A stretch of DNA of 64,000 nucleotides from Lytechinus pictus (Eukaryota): NCBI RefSeq assembly GCF_037042905.1, contig NC_087252.1, positions 15,378,001-15,442,000 on the forward strand. The letters run 5' to 3'. A program made the translations under genes and the position numbers. Numbering within the stretch: position 1 is the stretch's first letter; every line of letters starts with the position of its first letter. Under the pieces are notes generated by a model. It was not told the origin of the DNA and searched no databases. It worked only from the letters and a program-made list of their open reading frames with translations. This document shows, piece after piece, positions 12,436 through 24,751 of the stretch.

Positions 12436-15400
12436 AAGAGAATTAAAATGGAGCTCTGAATGTGATTCTTATGAAGCCTGTATGCTATCTCTGGTCGATG
12501 TGTTAAAAAGGGGGGCAATACCGGCCTTGGACTGAGGTAGGTTCATTCGGAAGGTGCAGGTGACTTGGTGTCTATTATTAATAGACAGACGCTTGTGGTT
12601 AAATATTTGATGGCATTTTGGTGACATGGGACCATTTCGTGCATGCTTATATGCCTGTGCGCACACATGTGTGTGTATTTGTGTGTGAGAGTGAGAGAGA
12701 GGGAGAGAGAGAAAGAGCAATTGGAGTCAGTAATTGCTTCATATGTTAAGAGTATCAAATGCTAATGCTATCAAGATTTCACCAGTATTTCCGAACTTCC
12801 ACCATTTTCCTGCTGTTTGATGTGATTTATGTACATTATTTGGTGCAAAGTGGTGAAAAATTAGGTAACTACCCCTTTAAATGTATTTGTTGATGTTTAC
12901 TGTTTGTTTATCTTTAGCTGATGTGAACGTAGTTTCCAGAAACCCTTTTTTTCCCTCTCCATTGCCCCTCTTTCCATTTCTTCCCCTTTCCCCTATTCCC
13001 CTCCCCTCTCCCTTACCCCTCTTCCCCGCCCCTCTCTTCCTCCCTCTCTCTCTCTTTCTCTTTTCTAGTTTATTTCTAAATTTGATAACCTCCAGTCATT
13101 TCCTCATAATCTGGAGGAATCTATTTCTCATTTTGCTCCACTTTTAAGAAAGCCGTTGATGATGATCTTCTGCATGATAATGGCATCGAGCAATTCGGAG
13201 CAACGATGGCATAATACGCGTTCAAGACGTAATTTGCGTTCAAAACTAAACCACTTTGTTTCATCTCAATTTATATGGTAATCTCCGGAGGTTCACCAAG
13301 ATTTGTGCAAAGCGAAAAGTAATTTCCTTTCCTTATTTCCTCTTTTAGCTATTCTTCTGATCCTCCATATATGTATATAATATAACTTTTTTGTTTCTAT
13401 TTTGTTATTCCATTCATTAGATAATTTATTAAACTCTTCAAGTCTCTTCATTTTCCTAAATATGTGGTACATGTATCCACTCCCATTCTTCACTAGTATC
13501 AGTAGAAGTTTAATTAAAAATATTTTATCATTTATATCTTTATGTTTTGTAACATATTATTTTCTTTGTTCTTGCCAGAATCCCACACTACTCTCTTTCC
13601 TAATCTTGCTAATTTTCTCAGCATTTTTTATTATATATTAATCTAAAAATAACCCTTTTAGCCTGCATCCATTTAAGCTAAAAGGTTTCTCGTGCATTCC
13701 TTCCTGTCTCTTGGCAGTTGTAATTCTTAAAATCTCAAACAAATCTCACATTTGTTCTAGAGTGTTTGCAAAGATATATTTTTGAAAAAACAACAACATC
13801 AGAATATGAAATAATAGAAGATTACTGAAGCTAAGCTACCCTGTTCAAATAAAGGAGGCGATACAATATTTTAGTTCAACAAATTTTATAAACAAAGTAT
13901 CTTCTAGAATCTAGAAATTATGAAAGAGTTTCATACTATTATAGTGCTGTTGAAGTATATCTTAACAGATTTATGATCATTTTACTTATAAAAGAATTAA
14001 GACAATCAACAAAGAAAACCACAAGGGAGTCAAAGATAGCTTAAGTCACACTCATTCAATTCTATTTTTTGATGTTGTGTCTGGAAAATGACGTCATTAC
14101 AGACAAGATATACCACTTTAGATGCTATTCTCGAAATACACCAGATTGAATTCATTTTGAATTCCTCCATTAAAATAATATCGAACCACAATGAATTTCT
14201 TTAGTAAATGATAAATATCTGGTACTTATTTTTGTCAAAGGAGATACACTGATTGATGCATTGGATGCAACACAGCCACTATTTGCTTGTTGTCAACGAA
14301 TCACTGAAATGTCGGCCAGTCATAATGAGAAATGCTGAGTTTGTCGACAGTAGCTTCCTAGTTTAGTTGCTCCAGAGATGAAATTAGCTATGCAATCAGG
14401 CTTCACGTGACCTTGAACACACCACAGTATACTTAGGAGAGTAAATTGATGCGCTGAAAATGGCGCTTATACCACATACCGAGCCTAGACGCTTCTGACT
14501 TTATCACTTTGTGATTTCCACTGCCGTGGGTTTTGTTGTTGCCTAGTTGATGTTATACTTGGTCCCACGCACACACTGACATGTTAGAGGTAAACTAATT
14601 CAATTACACTCCGCTCCAGCCCCACGTAATTCACTTATTGCAGTCTAATGCTAATTTCATCGTAGCTTTTGGCCGGGAAAGTGCAGAATTAGTGAGTTTC
14701 TGGAGTAAAAGTTTAATTAAAGGAGTATGAGATTATTTGGTTGTAGAGAGGCGGTGCTGGTGATGCTTGAGTTTGAATTTGAATTATTAACAACATAATA
14801 GTGATTTGTTTATCCAAGTCATGTCAATTTATAGAGGAAGTAGATTCTTATTTCGAATCTCCAGGGGAAGAAGCATTTATAGGTAGAGTAGTATGGATGT
14901 TGGATTATTGGACAGTATAATCCTCCTGTTGTGTGATATATAAAAACCATTGAGTCAACATAAAAAAAACATAAAAACAACATAATATAATAAAATAAAG
15001 AACCAAGTATTGATTAAAGAAAATTATGAAAAAATGAAGAAAAAAAATTTCATTCACAATATTTGCTGTCAATATTTTTTATAGGGGGATGTAAGCTTTG
15101 TATCAAATATTCATAATAATGCAGTTTAGGTATTATTATTTGTTTTATAATCAATTGTATTGGGGTTCACGTATCGCATTGGGGCATGGTTAGGTTCATA
15201 TCCATGTATGCAATGGTTGTATTTGGGAATTTAGTTTATTGATTGACCCATCCCTACTTTTTAAATATCTATATTTTGGTAATTGGCATACACTAATTAT
15301 AACATTTCAAATGGGTTTGCATTCAAAATCATGACATATGAATTGCATTCCTATTGAAACTCGATAAAACCCACTCTATGAGCCCTGTGTGTATTCCAAC

Positions 15401-15831
15401 AAATGGAATTTGGTGTGTTGTATTCTAAACCACCTCCCTGCATCCTTAAATGGATAATAAGCACTTTGTTGCGAGTACTAGTTGGAAAAACGGGAATGGA
15501 AACGATTTGAAATGGCTTGCTGAAATTGCGTCTCATAATAGCATGGGGCCGGGGGAACGCATGGGAGTGATGTGGGATCGTCTATGGGAATGCTTATTGG
15601 GTTTATTGAGTGCTGCAGATCAAATACAGGGAGAGAGGGGTTATAGTTGGAGAGGAATAGAGATTTAATAGAAGGAAATTGAGAGAGAGAGAGAGGGAAT
15701 AGAGACAATAAGTTTTTGTTCATAGAATAAAACTTAGATAATTTATGTGATTTAATGATTATTAAAGAGAGAGAAAAAAAGAGAGAATAGAGAGAAAAAA
15801 AGTTTGATTTGTATTTAAAAGTGAAAAATTA

Positions 15832-16066
15832 TACTCTAAATTGCAGCGATTTAGAATAAATCCTGACGGACTGTAATTAGGGACCAATCAAATTCTGGAT
15901 TAAGTTTGATCCTGAAAATTTGTTTTTACATCTCGAAGGTTTTGAATTCAATCTTTGAGATTAAAAAAAAAAACATATTTTTTTGGAATCAAGCTAACTC
16001 CAGAATTTGATTGGTCCGTAACCACAGTCCGTTGGGATGTATTTCAAATTCCTGCAATTTAGAGTG
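15832..16066. mobile_element. CACTCTAAA-type MITE
   Basis: TACTCTAAATTGCAG...CTGCAATTTAGAGTG. Inner IR GGACCAATCAAATTCTGGA / TCCAGAATTTGATTGGTCC. Confidence 0.75.
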
Positions 16067-16619
16067 CAGATCTATGGGAACTAATGATTGACGAGGAGTG
16101 AGAGGAAAAATGTAATGACAAAATATTTTTATCTATATGAGACAAGAGGGAGAGAGAGAGCATAGACACAAAATAAGTTTTTATTTGTAGAATAAAACTT
16201 AGATCTACAGTATACGATCAAGAGATGAACAAGGAGAGATAAAGAGGAGAGAGAGAGAGGAGGGGGAGGAGGGGGTGTGCAATGGCGTGACACGCCGTGC
16301 AGAACAACTACAAACAGGAATGAAATGGGTCTAAATAAATCAGCTTTCTCCGGTCCCCAGGGAACCACTGGCAAGCATTTGTCCGTGCCTTTCACGCAGT
16401 ACACGGTTCATACTACATGGGACCAGAGGGAGAAGGTGTAAACGCCTTTTCGCGCCTAGGGAGCTATGTAATTTAGAATGAAAGGGGTCAGGGATATGCT
16501 GGTGATCACGAGGGGGCGGGGGTAAAAATTGGCTTTCCATTTTATTTATTTTTAATCAACAAGTATTAAAAAATGTAAAATCTATAGAGAGAGCATCAAA
16601 AGATTTAATATTTTTATTC

Positions 16620-17077
16620 TGTGTATGATATCTTTGTAAGATGTACAATACAATATTATTGAAGAGAGGGATAGTTTTGCCGTAGTCCCTATATCTGTAT
16701 TTGATGTAGGCCCACACCACAAGATTAATTTTTAGAAAGGAATAGTTTTAGTCCTATATCTGAGTTAGATGTACAATACAAGATTAATAAGAAAGAATAT
16801 TTTGCACTGTAGACCCTACATCTGTGTGAGATGTGCAATATGCACTTGACTTATAGTAGGAAGGCAGGGATATTTTGTACCGTAGTCCCTATATTTGTGT
16901 TAAGGTACAATACAAGATTAAAAGTAGGAAGTGAAATTTTGTACCATAGTCCCTGTATCTGTGTTAGAGGTACAATACAAGTTTAACAGTAGGAAGTGAT
17001 ATTTTGCACCATAGTCCCTGTATCTGTGTTAGAGGTACAATACAAGACTAATTGTAGGAAGGGATAGTTTGTACCAT
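16620..17077. repeat. ~65-bp minisatellite, 6-7 units
   Basis: CCATAGTCCCTGTATCTGTGTTAGAGGTACAATACAAG at 16944 and 17009, with more diverged units upstream. Confidence 0.85.
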
Positions 17078-18050
17078 AAACCAGCCAATGATGGGTATAG
17101 TCCCGTTACCTGACCTGGTTAATATTGACATATCATACCTACGCAGCTTTGGTTGACATAGGTAAAGGTGTGCAGCTAAGGAGGTTGGGGTGTGATAATG
17201 TTAGAGAGATGGGATATATAGGGAAAGAAGGAGAGAATAGGAGGAAGAGGATAGGAGAAGAGACAGAGGGAGAGAGTGAGGAAATAGATAGCGAGGTACA
17301 GCGAGAGGGAGGAGGGAGGGGGATGGAGAGAGAAGAGATAGCTAGAGAGAGAGGCGAAGAGAGAGAGTGTGAAATGGGAGAAAGTATGTTAAAAGAGGAC
17401 ATATGGAGAGATGGGGAAAGAAAAAAGAAAGAAGCTAGGGAAGAAGGTGAAATAAACAGAAGAGGGGAAAGAGTGTGGGAGGAAGAGAGAGATATTAATA
17501 CAGAGAGAGGAGATAGAGAGATGAGAAATAAAAAGATTAAGAAGGGAGACTGAAGGAAAAAGAATGAGAGAGAAAGAGAAAGATGCAGACAGAGAGACGT
17601 ACAAAGAAAGAAAAGAGATAGATAGGGAGAGAGAAAGAGAGAGAGTGAGTGAGAGGCAGAAAGTGGACATGACTGAAGATGATGATTCTCATCGAGTACC
17701 ATCTCTGTGTTTACCAAGTACTCAGATTGATGTGGTCAATCTGGTCTATCTAAACTCTCCTTGATGATGTGCAAAGTGTTTGTTAAGTGAGACAATTACA
17801 AGAGATTAGACATCTCAAATCTGCCTTTCAAAAACAGTTTGATTTTTTTAAGAGGGACGGTAAACATCCTAGCTATCACTTTGCCCTTTCACTGTCTAAA
17901 CTGATGTCCTAAATGTAAACTTTCCAAAAATAGTGCACACAAAGCCTGAGGTACAGTCAATGAAAACATTTTGTTTCTTCTGTGTACCCCAGTTCTCTTT
18001 AAATGTTGAATTAGATTTGTTTATCACATCACAAGTTAAGTTGATGATGT

Positions 18051-18260
18051 GGAGTAATGTGGCCCAGTGGATTAGTCTTCGGACTTTGAAACAGAGGGTC
18101 GTGGGTTCGAATCCCGGCCATGGCATAAGTACCTTCTGCGAGAAATTGATCCACATTGTGCTGCTCTCAACCCAGGAGAGGTAAATGGGTACCTGGCAGA
18201 AATATATTCTTTGAAATGCCCGTGTGCTGTAAAAAGGCTTGTGCGCTGTCCAAGCATAAC
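18051..18260 (+). mobile_element. tRNA-derived SINE
   Basis: A box TGGCCCAGTGG (18060), B box GGTTCGAATCC (18104). Body ...CAACCCAGG..AGGTAAATGGGTACC. Same family at 2185-2450 (-) and 40501-40740 (+). Confidence 0.85.
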
Positions 18261-19791
18261 ACCAAAGAGCATTATACACTGTAGTAACAACCAAAGGTGT
18301 TATAATAACACTCATGAGTGCTGAACCAACACGAAAGTTAACACCAGAGTCAAATAACTGGTGTAGTCCTATATGTATTATGTACACCATACACCACAAT
18401 TTTGCTGTGTATATTATGCATACACTCAGCAGATGATTGCTAGAAAAACTCATTAAGGTATGGACAAACCTTCTGAGGTACCTCCATACCTGTCTTAGCG
18501 TTGATGACCCCCAATTAAACATAAATTAGTTAAAAGCCCCATAGATACTAGACTGCCTTGACTAAATTGATTCTAACTATGTAGCACAGTGAATGCCATA
18601 GGCTTTTAACAGCTAAAGCTGAATTGTGATCAACCATTTTCATGTAATTACTTAAACTAAGAGTTTTTTCTATTTATATCATTAATTTCAAACATTTCAA
18701 CTACTGAAGAATAGTTAGGATGTTTGATTGTGTTATTAGAATGAATTGCATAAAGCTATCATTGTCATTTCACATTCATAATTTGAAAACTTTAGTGAAA
18801 GTCACTTTGACGATTCCATGCCACAAATAGGTCAAAGTTGAATCTATTCAGCTATGTGAACGAGAGATCATTATTTGAAGATTAATTAGATAGTTTTTTA
18901 TTACGCATGGAGTTGAATTTAAATTGAATTTGGTCATCAAAATCCTCTTTATTTCTACTTTTTAAAGAAATGGTTTACTTTAAGGTCCACACCATAAAAT
19001 AATGACAGATTTTTGTTTTCTTCTGCTCAAAGGAGATCGTGAATGAATTTCCCCCTTTTTTATGTGTTTGCTGTGAGTTAATGTGTATTGAACAGTGCAC
19101 GAATCGACTGTGACATTTCTGTATCTTCGCCCTCAGAATGAAACCTCCTTTCATGAGCTTTAAATTGATTCTCTTCCAATAAACATCAAAATGGCGTCGT
19201 GGTCTGGTGCCAGACGCCCAATCTCTTATTCCTTGTTAGGTTTGCCATCATAGGTCAACGAAGTACTAAGTAATCACTCTTAAAAAAGTGGAGGAATTCT
19301 AAATAGAGTCGTTAACTTGCACAATTTATGTTGACATATCAAAAGGTCATGTGACCTGGCACAGATTTGGCTAACTGGTGCTAGAGACAGAGTACAGATG
19401 CATTTTCTTGAAAGCTTCAGATCTTATTGGATACTAGACCTTTCCAAACCTACATCTCATTGAGTTGAGTCCATACATGTAAGTGTATAAAAGACATTGC
19501 ACCTCTGTATCTGAACTGGGGTGTTAGCTGACACCAGTTGTTGGTGTCTCTATAGGACCACACCCCGAGGTGTTAGAATTACACCCTGGAAATTGAGAAC
19601 AACACCAAATATTTTTCAAGTAACAACCAAAGGTGTTGAAATGACACCAATGGGTGTTGCACTAGTTACGTTTGTAGAACTGTAAATTCAACACTAGTAA
19701 AAAAGGAATGATGTAGTCCTCTATGTACAATGGTTAACAGGACACACCACAGTATTTGCTGTGCAATGTGCAGTTCAGTAATGGAAGTTAA

Positions 19792-19863
19792 CCCGTTGAC
19801 AACTGAATTAGGTGATTCACATAGACTTTGTACAGACATCACCCGATTCCAGTTGGCAATGGG
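19792..19863. mobile_element. 72-bp piggyBac-like mini-element
   Basis: TTAA|CCCGTTGACAACTG...CAGTTGGCAATGGG|TTAA. ~25-bp imperfect TIR with CCC/GGG ends. Confidence 0.7.
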
Positions 19864-20223
19864 TTAATTTGCTTGTGATTTGTTTCTGTCATATTTAAAT
19901 ATAAGATATATATTCTTTAAATTAATAATATTCATTGTCCAATACTTAATGCTTAAAATTTGAAATTGCTGTTTGATTTAAAAAAAAAATTTGTTCAAAA
20001 AAATATTTTTAAACTATCAAAAACACCTATAAACGTAAGTTCATTTCATAAACAAGGCAATATACATGTAGATTCATTCAGGTTCATTTTGTTTTTGCTG
20101 TGTATGAAAATGGATTTTAATGATGTTGAATAGTGTCGCATCCAGCTGGCTTTTCGTGGGGCATTCGCTCTAAAGAAATCGTGTCGGAAACTGGAAAGCA
20201 GACAGCCATCACTTAACCTCAAT

Positions 20224-20790
20224 GGGTGTTTTCAGACCGACTTGATTACCAGAATACTTGTAACTTTACAAAAAAAATTGTTTCGGCCTCAAAATACCTG
20301 ATAATTATGTTTCAAGTCCATACACACCCATAACTGAGCTTTGCGAGATAAGTTCTAACAATACAAGCTTTCTTGCAACCCTGTGCCCCGAGACCATGGA
20401 AAAGTTCTCATTACTTGTTTCTACAATGTGAGAATATCGACAACCTTGGGAAAATCCCTGCAATAGTTCTCATAATCTCATATAATTTAGTTTGGGTTTT
20501 CTTTTGGGAATTGGTAATATTTTATTTTTTGAGTTACATTATGCTATATTCTAGTTTTTCTTATTGTTATAATTAATAATCATTTTACTGTCTTTTTGTA
20601 TCTTTATATTTTGTTTGTTTACAGAGCGCATAAAGAACTACACTCATTACTATGCACTTAATAATACCCTCTTGTTATTATCATGTTATTATCATTATTA
20701 TTATTATCAACGTGCTACCCGGGGAAGATTGGAGTAAATTTCCCAAGCAGAGAATAATATCTTGAACTTCGAGTCGGTCTGAGTACGCCT
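20224..20790. mobile_element. Old inverted relative of the 9954-10431 element
   Basis: GGGTGTTTTCAGACCGACTTGA...TCGAGTCGGTCTGAGTACGCCT. Flanks AAT/AAG. Confidence 0.6.
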
Positions 20791-21135
20791 AAGTGTTTTT
20801 AGACTCTTTCTCCTTCATTGCTAGCCTGTAGGCTAATTATGCTGTGTTGATAGTGAATGTTATAATAAATGAATGAAAATGTCATTGCCTAATACACCTG
20901 AATTGCAGCAGGTAATACATAATCGTATTTTGTTTGCATTGGGATATGATCATTACAGATTGGATTAACATTTTTGTTTGTCACCCAATTTGTAATAGTA
21001 GTTCAAATCAAACATAATGAGTTTTTAAAAGCTTCAAGGCATACTTTTTAGAAATAAAATTGAAAAGAGAGTATATTTTGCATGCTTTTTTTTCATGAAT
21101 AGAAATGGACTTACATATGTGTTTCTTGAGTTATT

Positions 21136-21702
21136 CACTCTCAGAAATTCTTTAACCAATCTATAAGTTGGTTAAAATATGGCCCTACCAACTGTTGGTT
21201 AAACAAAAGGTAAATTGCCAATTCATCTACTGCCAACTTGTCCACTCACCACATGGTCTACCTTCATTTAGTCTAATGCCATTCCATCCATCAACATTTT
21301 GTCTAACAACCTTATGTTCCAATTATCACTTCGTCTAAACACCAGTTGGTCTAATATCCATTTTGTTTTCATTCATTTTGTCCAATTAGCACTAAGTCCA
21401 ATTAGACCAAATGGTATATGGACTTAATGGTTATTGGACCAACTGGTTATTAGACAAAATGGTGAGTTGACGAAATGGCAATTAGACCATGTGGACAGTG
21501 GATGAACTGATGGTAGACCAAATGATAGTAGACGACTTGGTAATTGGACGAATTGGCATTAGACCGATTGGAAATAAACCAAACAAAATTGTGCGTGCAA
21601 AATGAATTTGATAAAAAAAGTTGGTTCAAATTTTAAGTGCATATTTTAACCAACTTTTTTAAAACCAACTTTTGGGTTGGGTTACAAAAAGTAATGAGAG
21701 TG
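21136..21702. mobile_element. CACTCTCA-type MITE with AACCAAC repeats, interrupted by a nested element
   Basis: CACTCTCA...TGAGAGTG termini. AACCAA/GTTGGTT motifs on both sides of the insert. Confidence 0.7.
21209..21580. mobile_element. GG-terminated repeat-rich foldback MITE with 8-bp TSD (Merlin-like)
   Basis: AAACAAAA|GGTAAATTGCCAAT...ATTGGAAATAAACC|AAACAAAA. Internal ~15-bp GACCAAATGG-like units, inverted between the two halves. Confidence 0.8.
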
Positions 21703-24302
21703 TAAGAGTTCATTTGTAATCTTGCCTTAAGAATGGAAGCATGCTTTACATTCCTGACAATAGGGTTTAAACCCTTCTCTTTAATCTAAATGGAAAATGA
21801 AATGAATAATTGATGAATTCATGGAACATGCACAAAAAATATCTGTAATAGGGGCCGATTTAGAGTGAATTGAATGGAATGAAAAGCATAGCATGTCAGT
21901 GCACTTGTCCTATGTTTACTCTCTAAGTCACTTAATATAATATGATTCATTGTGGCATCACATCTGAAACGTGCCTCTTTCCTTCATTTCGTGGTCCAAA
22001 GTACACTCCTAACTTTGACAAAAAAATATGAGAACAGCAAAGCAAAGACGAGAAGAAGGAAATCTTAAATGAGAAAAGAAAAGAATGTATTGCTCCTGCC
22101 TATTTATGTACCCAGTACTGTGATTGACTTGACAGTCCCCCTCCCACTCGATTATATATTCTATATCTCGGCGAGAATTATCTGAAGATACACTCTTTTT
22201 GTCACAATTACTTCGTTTCGATCCCTCCCAGTTTATGGATAAGGCCCTGTACTTGTAATTGAAATATCTTTATGTTTCAGTTTGATTCTATGTTTTTTTA
22301 TGTCCCAATGAATGGAGTGGAAATTACAATGGAATGTCTTAATAATGCACTATCTTAATTGAGAATAAGAATTAGAATAGACTTTTGTAATGTATCAATA
22401 TTTTAATTATTTACTTATTGATTGAATTCTATAATTTTAATAAATACTGAATCTGATATTTAAACAATAATGATTATGAAAATAATGATCATGATATAAT
22501 AATAATAATTATGATTTCAATAATGATAGTGATAATAATACTAATACTATAAAATGATGATGATGATGATGATGACAATGACAATGAAGTGAATGATGAT
22601 GTCAATGATGATAATTAGTAATGATGATAAGTATCACAAATACAATTCAAGAAACGATAGTTTTATTGATTTCCTATTCGGTTTTGGTACATTGTTTCTC
22701 AGTTTCAATAACCACATTTATAAGATATTTGATAAGATAATTACAAACAAGAAATATAGAATAAAATGGTGCTGGTGGTGGATATTTCTTTTTTACTTTA
22801 TTGCTAAGAAAGCATGAATGCTTGTAAGCAAGCAACCAGATGACGGACGACTTGAGGTCCTCTCTGAGGGAGTAGTAGAGAGACTAATAGAACGAGGTGC
22901 AATAAACTCTTAAAGTCATCTTTCAGATAACTCAATATTGAAAAGCTACAAGGATTACTGATGAAAAGTACAGCAATAACTACAGGGAGAACGGACACCC
23001 ATGAATATTGTATATTATTTATTAGAAAGAAAAAAAGTGCACCTGGAAAAATAGAGAACCTTGCCCCCTGAATTGCGAACCCACAAATTAACAGGATTTA
23101 GCGTTGCGTCCCGATTGATTTCCCTCCATCATGTCGCTGTGAGTCAATTTTGTTCCCGGGCGGTGGTGCTTTTGTTGTCCAATTTTCTGATATTTAATTT
23201 GTTATTGTTTGACTCGATGCATGCCCAATGCCTGATTTGGGCAGCCGAGATTCCACGCTTGTGCAATCGAATGTTTAATGGGATATTTATGAGTGGGGGA
23301 ATTAGACGTGTGTGATGTATGTTTTTATTTATTTGATGGGCCGATCTTCAATCTTGTCCAGTTATGTTGTCTTTGTATGCCGTCGAATGATATGAATTCT
23401 TAATGAATGATGCATTTTGGGCTCATTTTTCAACATTTTGTTGTACTCTTTGGAGAACCGCTATAACAGAGTGGTGTTTGTATTTAGTAACCTTTGGGTT
23501 TGATAAATAAACCATTCAGGATGTACTTCATGCGGGCTTACTATTTTTTGGGGGGGCTATAAGCAAAATTTAATTGATGATGTTATTATATGTATGTTCC
23601 TGAAGACATTTTTTCAAAAAACATGAATTTTTTTTTCTTACTTAGTTCACATATGTAAATATTCAATTATAATTATGTGTTTTTTAAACCTGAAAAAATA
23701 TCTTCTTGTGATATTGAAAAAATTATCATAAAAAAATGGAAAAAGTATAAGAAAAAGATCACCCTGTACCTTTAATTGTTGATTTATTTATCCTGTAAAG
23801 TTTTTATTTTTACTTTGTACCTTCAATTGTTGACATCAATCTGTCAAGTTTTTCCCAGTTACAGTAACATTCCTTTAATTGTTGATTTTATTTTACCCTA
23901 TCCCTGATTTTCTGTTAATGTGTGCCATGAAATGTTGAGGTTTTACACTCTGGTATGCTTTTTCTGTTAGGTGTACCTTTAATGTTGATGTTTTTATTCT
24001 GTCAGTGTTTTTTTTTTCTGTCAGTAATGACTTGTTAGCAATGCTCATAAACAAACACACACTTTGCTCAACTTAAGAGAGGTGGAGGTTTTACGACTCT
24101 GGCTGACAGAATTACACTGCTTCAATTTTACGATACTGACGACAGATTTGTGGCATATCGCTGCTGTTGATAGCTGGTAAATTGAGGCTCTTGAGTTCAA
24201 GAGATGTTTATTGTACAATGCTTCCTAATGTAATCCACAAATGCACCTACATGTATAGGGGAAATCATTATGAACGTGAGGAAAATTCTATATCAATTAA
24301 TG

Positions 24303-24751
24303 GGTTTATTTTCAACTGGTCTATAAATGCCAATTCATCTAATTACCAACTTGTTTACCATCATTTGGTCTACCATCAGTTTGTCCACTGTCCACGTGGT
24401 CTCATTGCCATTTCGTCCACTCACCATGTCATCTAATAACCAGTTGGTCCAGTAGCCATTTAGTCCGTATACCATTTGGTCTAATTGGAATAAATGTTTA
24501 GTTAGGTGACATGAATGAAATTAAGATGGGTATTAGACCAACTGGTTATGAGACGAAATGGTCATGGACGAAATGGTGATTTGACAAAGTGATGATTGGA
24601 CCAAATGGTTATTGGACCAAGTTCAAATACCTAGTTATTGGACCAAATGGTTTTGAGACGAAATGTTGATGGACAGAATGGTATTAGACTAAACAAAAGT
24701 AGACCTTGTGATGAATAGACGAGTTGGCAATAGACGAATTGGCAATTTACC
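24303..24751. mobile_element. Inverted second copy of the GG/8-bp-TSD family
   Basis: GGTTTATTTTCAA...AATTGGCAATTTACC. Flanks AATTAATG / AAGTAATA (6 of 8 match). A remnant also occurs near 43300-43420. Confidence 0.75.

Noticed and set aside
13149..13214. Exon after the pyrimidine tract at 12950-13148 (similarly after 47130-47418)
   Set aside because: Phase-1 reading hits TGA within a few codons, and no good donor follows.
13293..13640. Degraded LINE ORF2 fragments (also ~22700-23050 and ~27340-27860)
   Set aside because: Suggestive composition and tails only. No motif I can name with confidence.
16620..17077. CRISPR-like array (also 12040-12435 and the 21209 family)
   Set aside because: Whole units are homologous with no unique spacers, there are no cas genes, and the context is eukaryotic.
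18051..18125. tRNA gene (also at 2797, 38260, 40501)
   Set aside because: A/B boxes are present but no acceptor stem closes. Each continues into a SINE body.
17896..18522. 208-aa minus-strand ORF
   Set aside because: Runs antisense through a SINE and an ACACC MITE fragment. The similar peptide at 2099-2401 reflects the same SINE.
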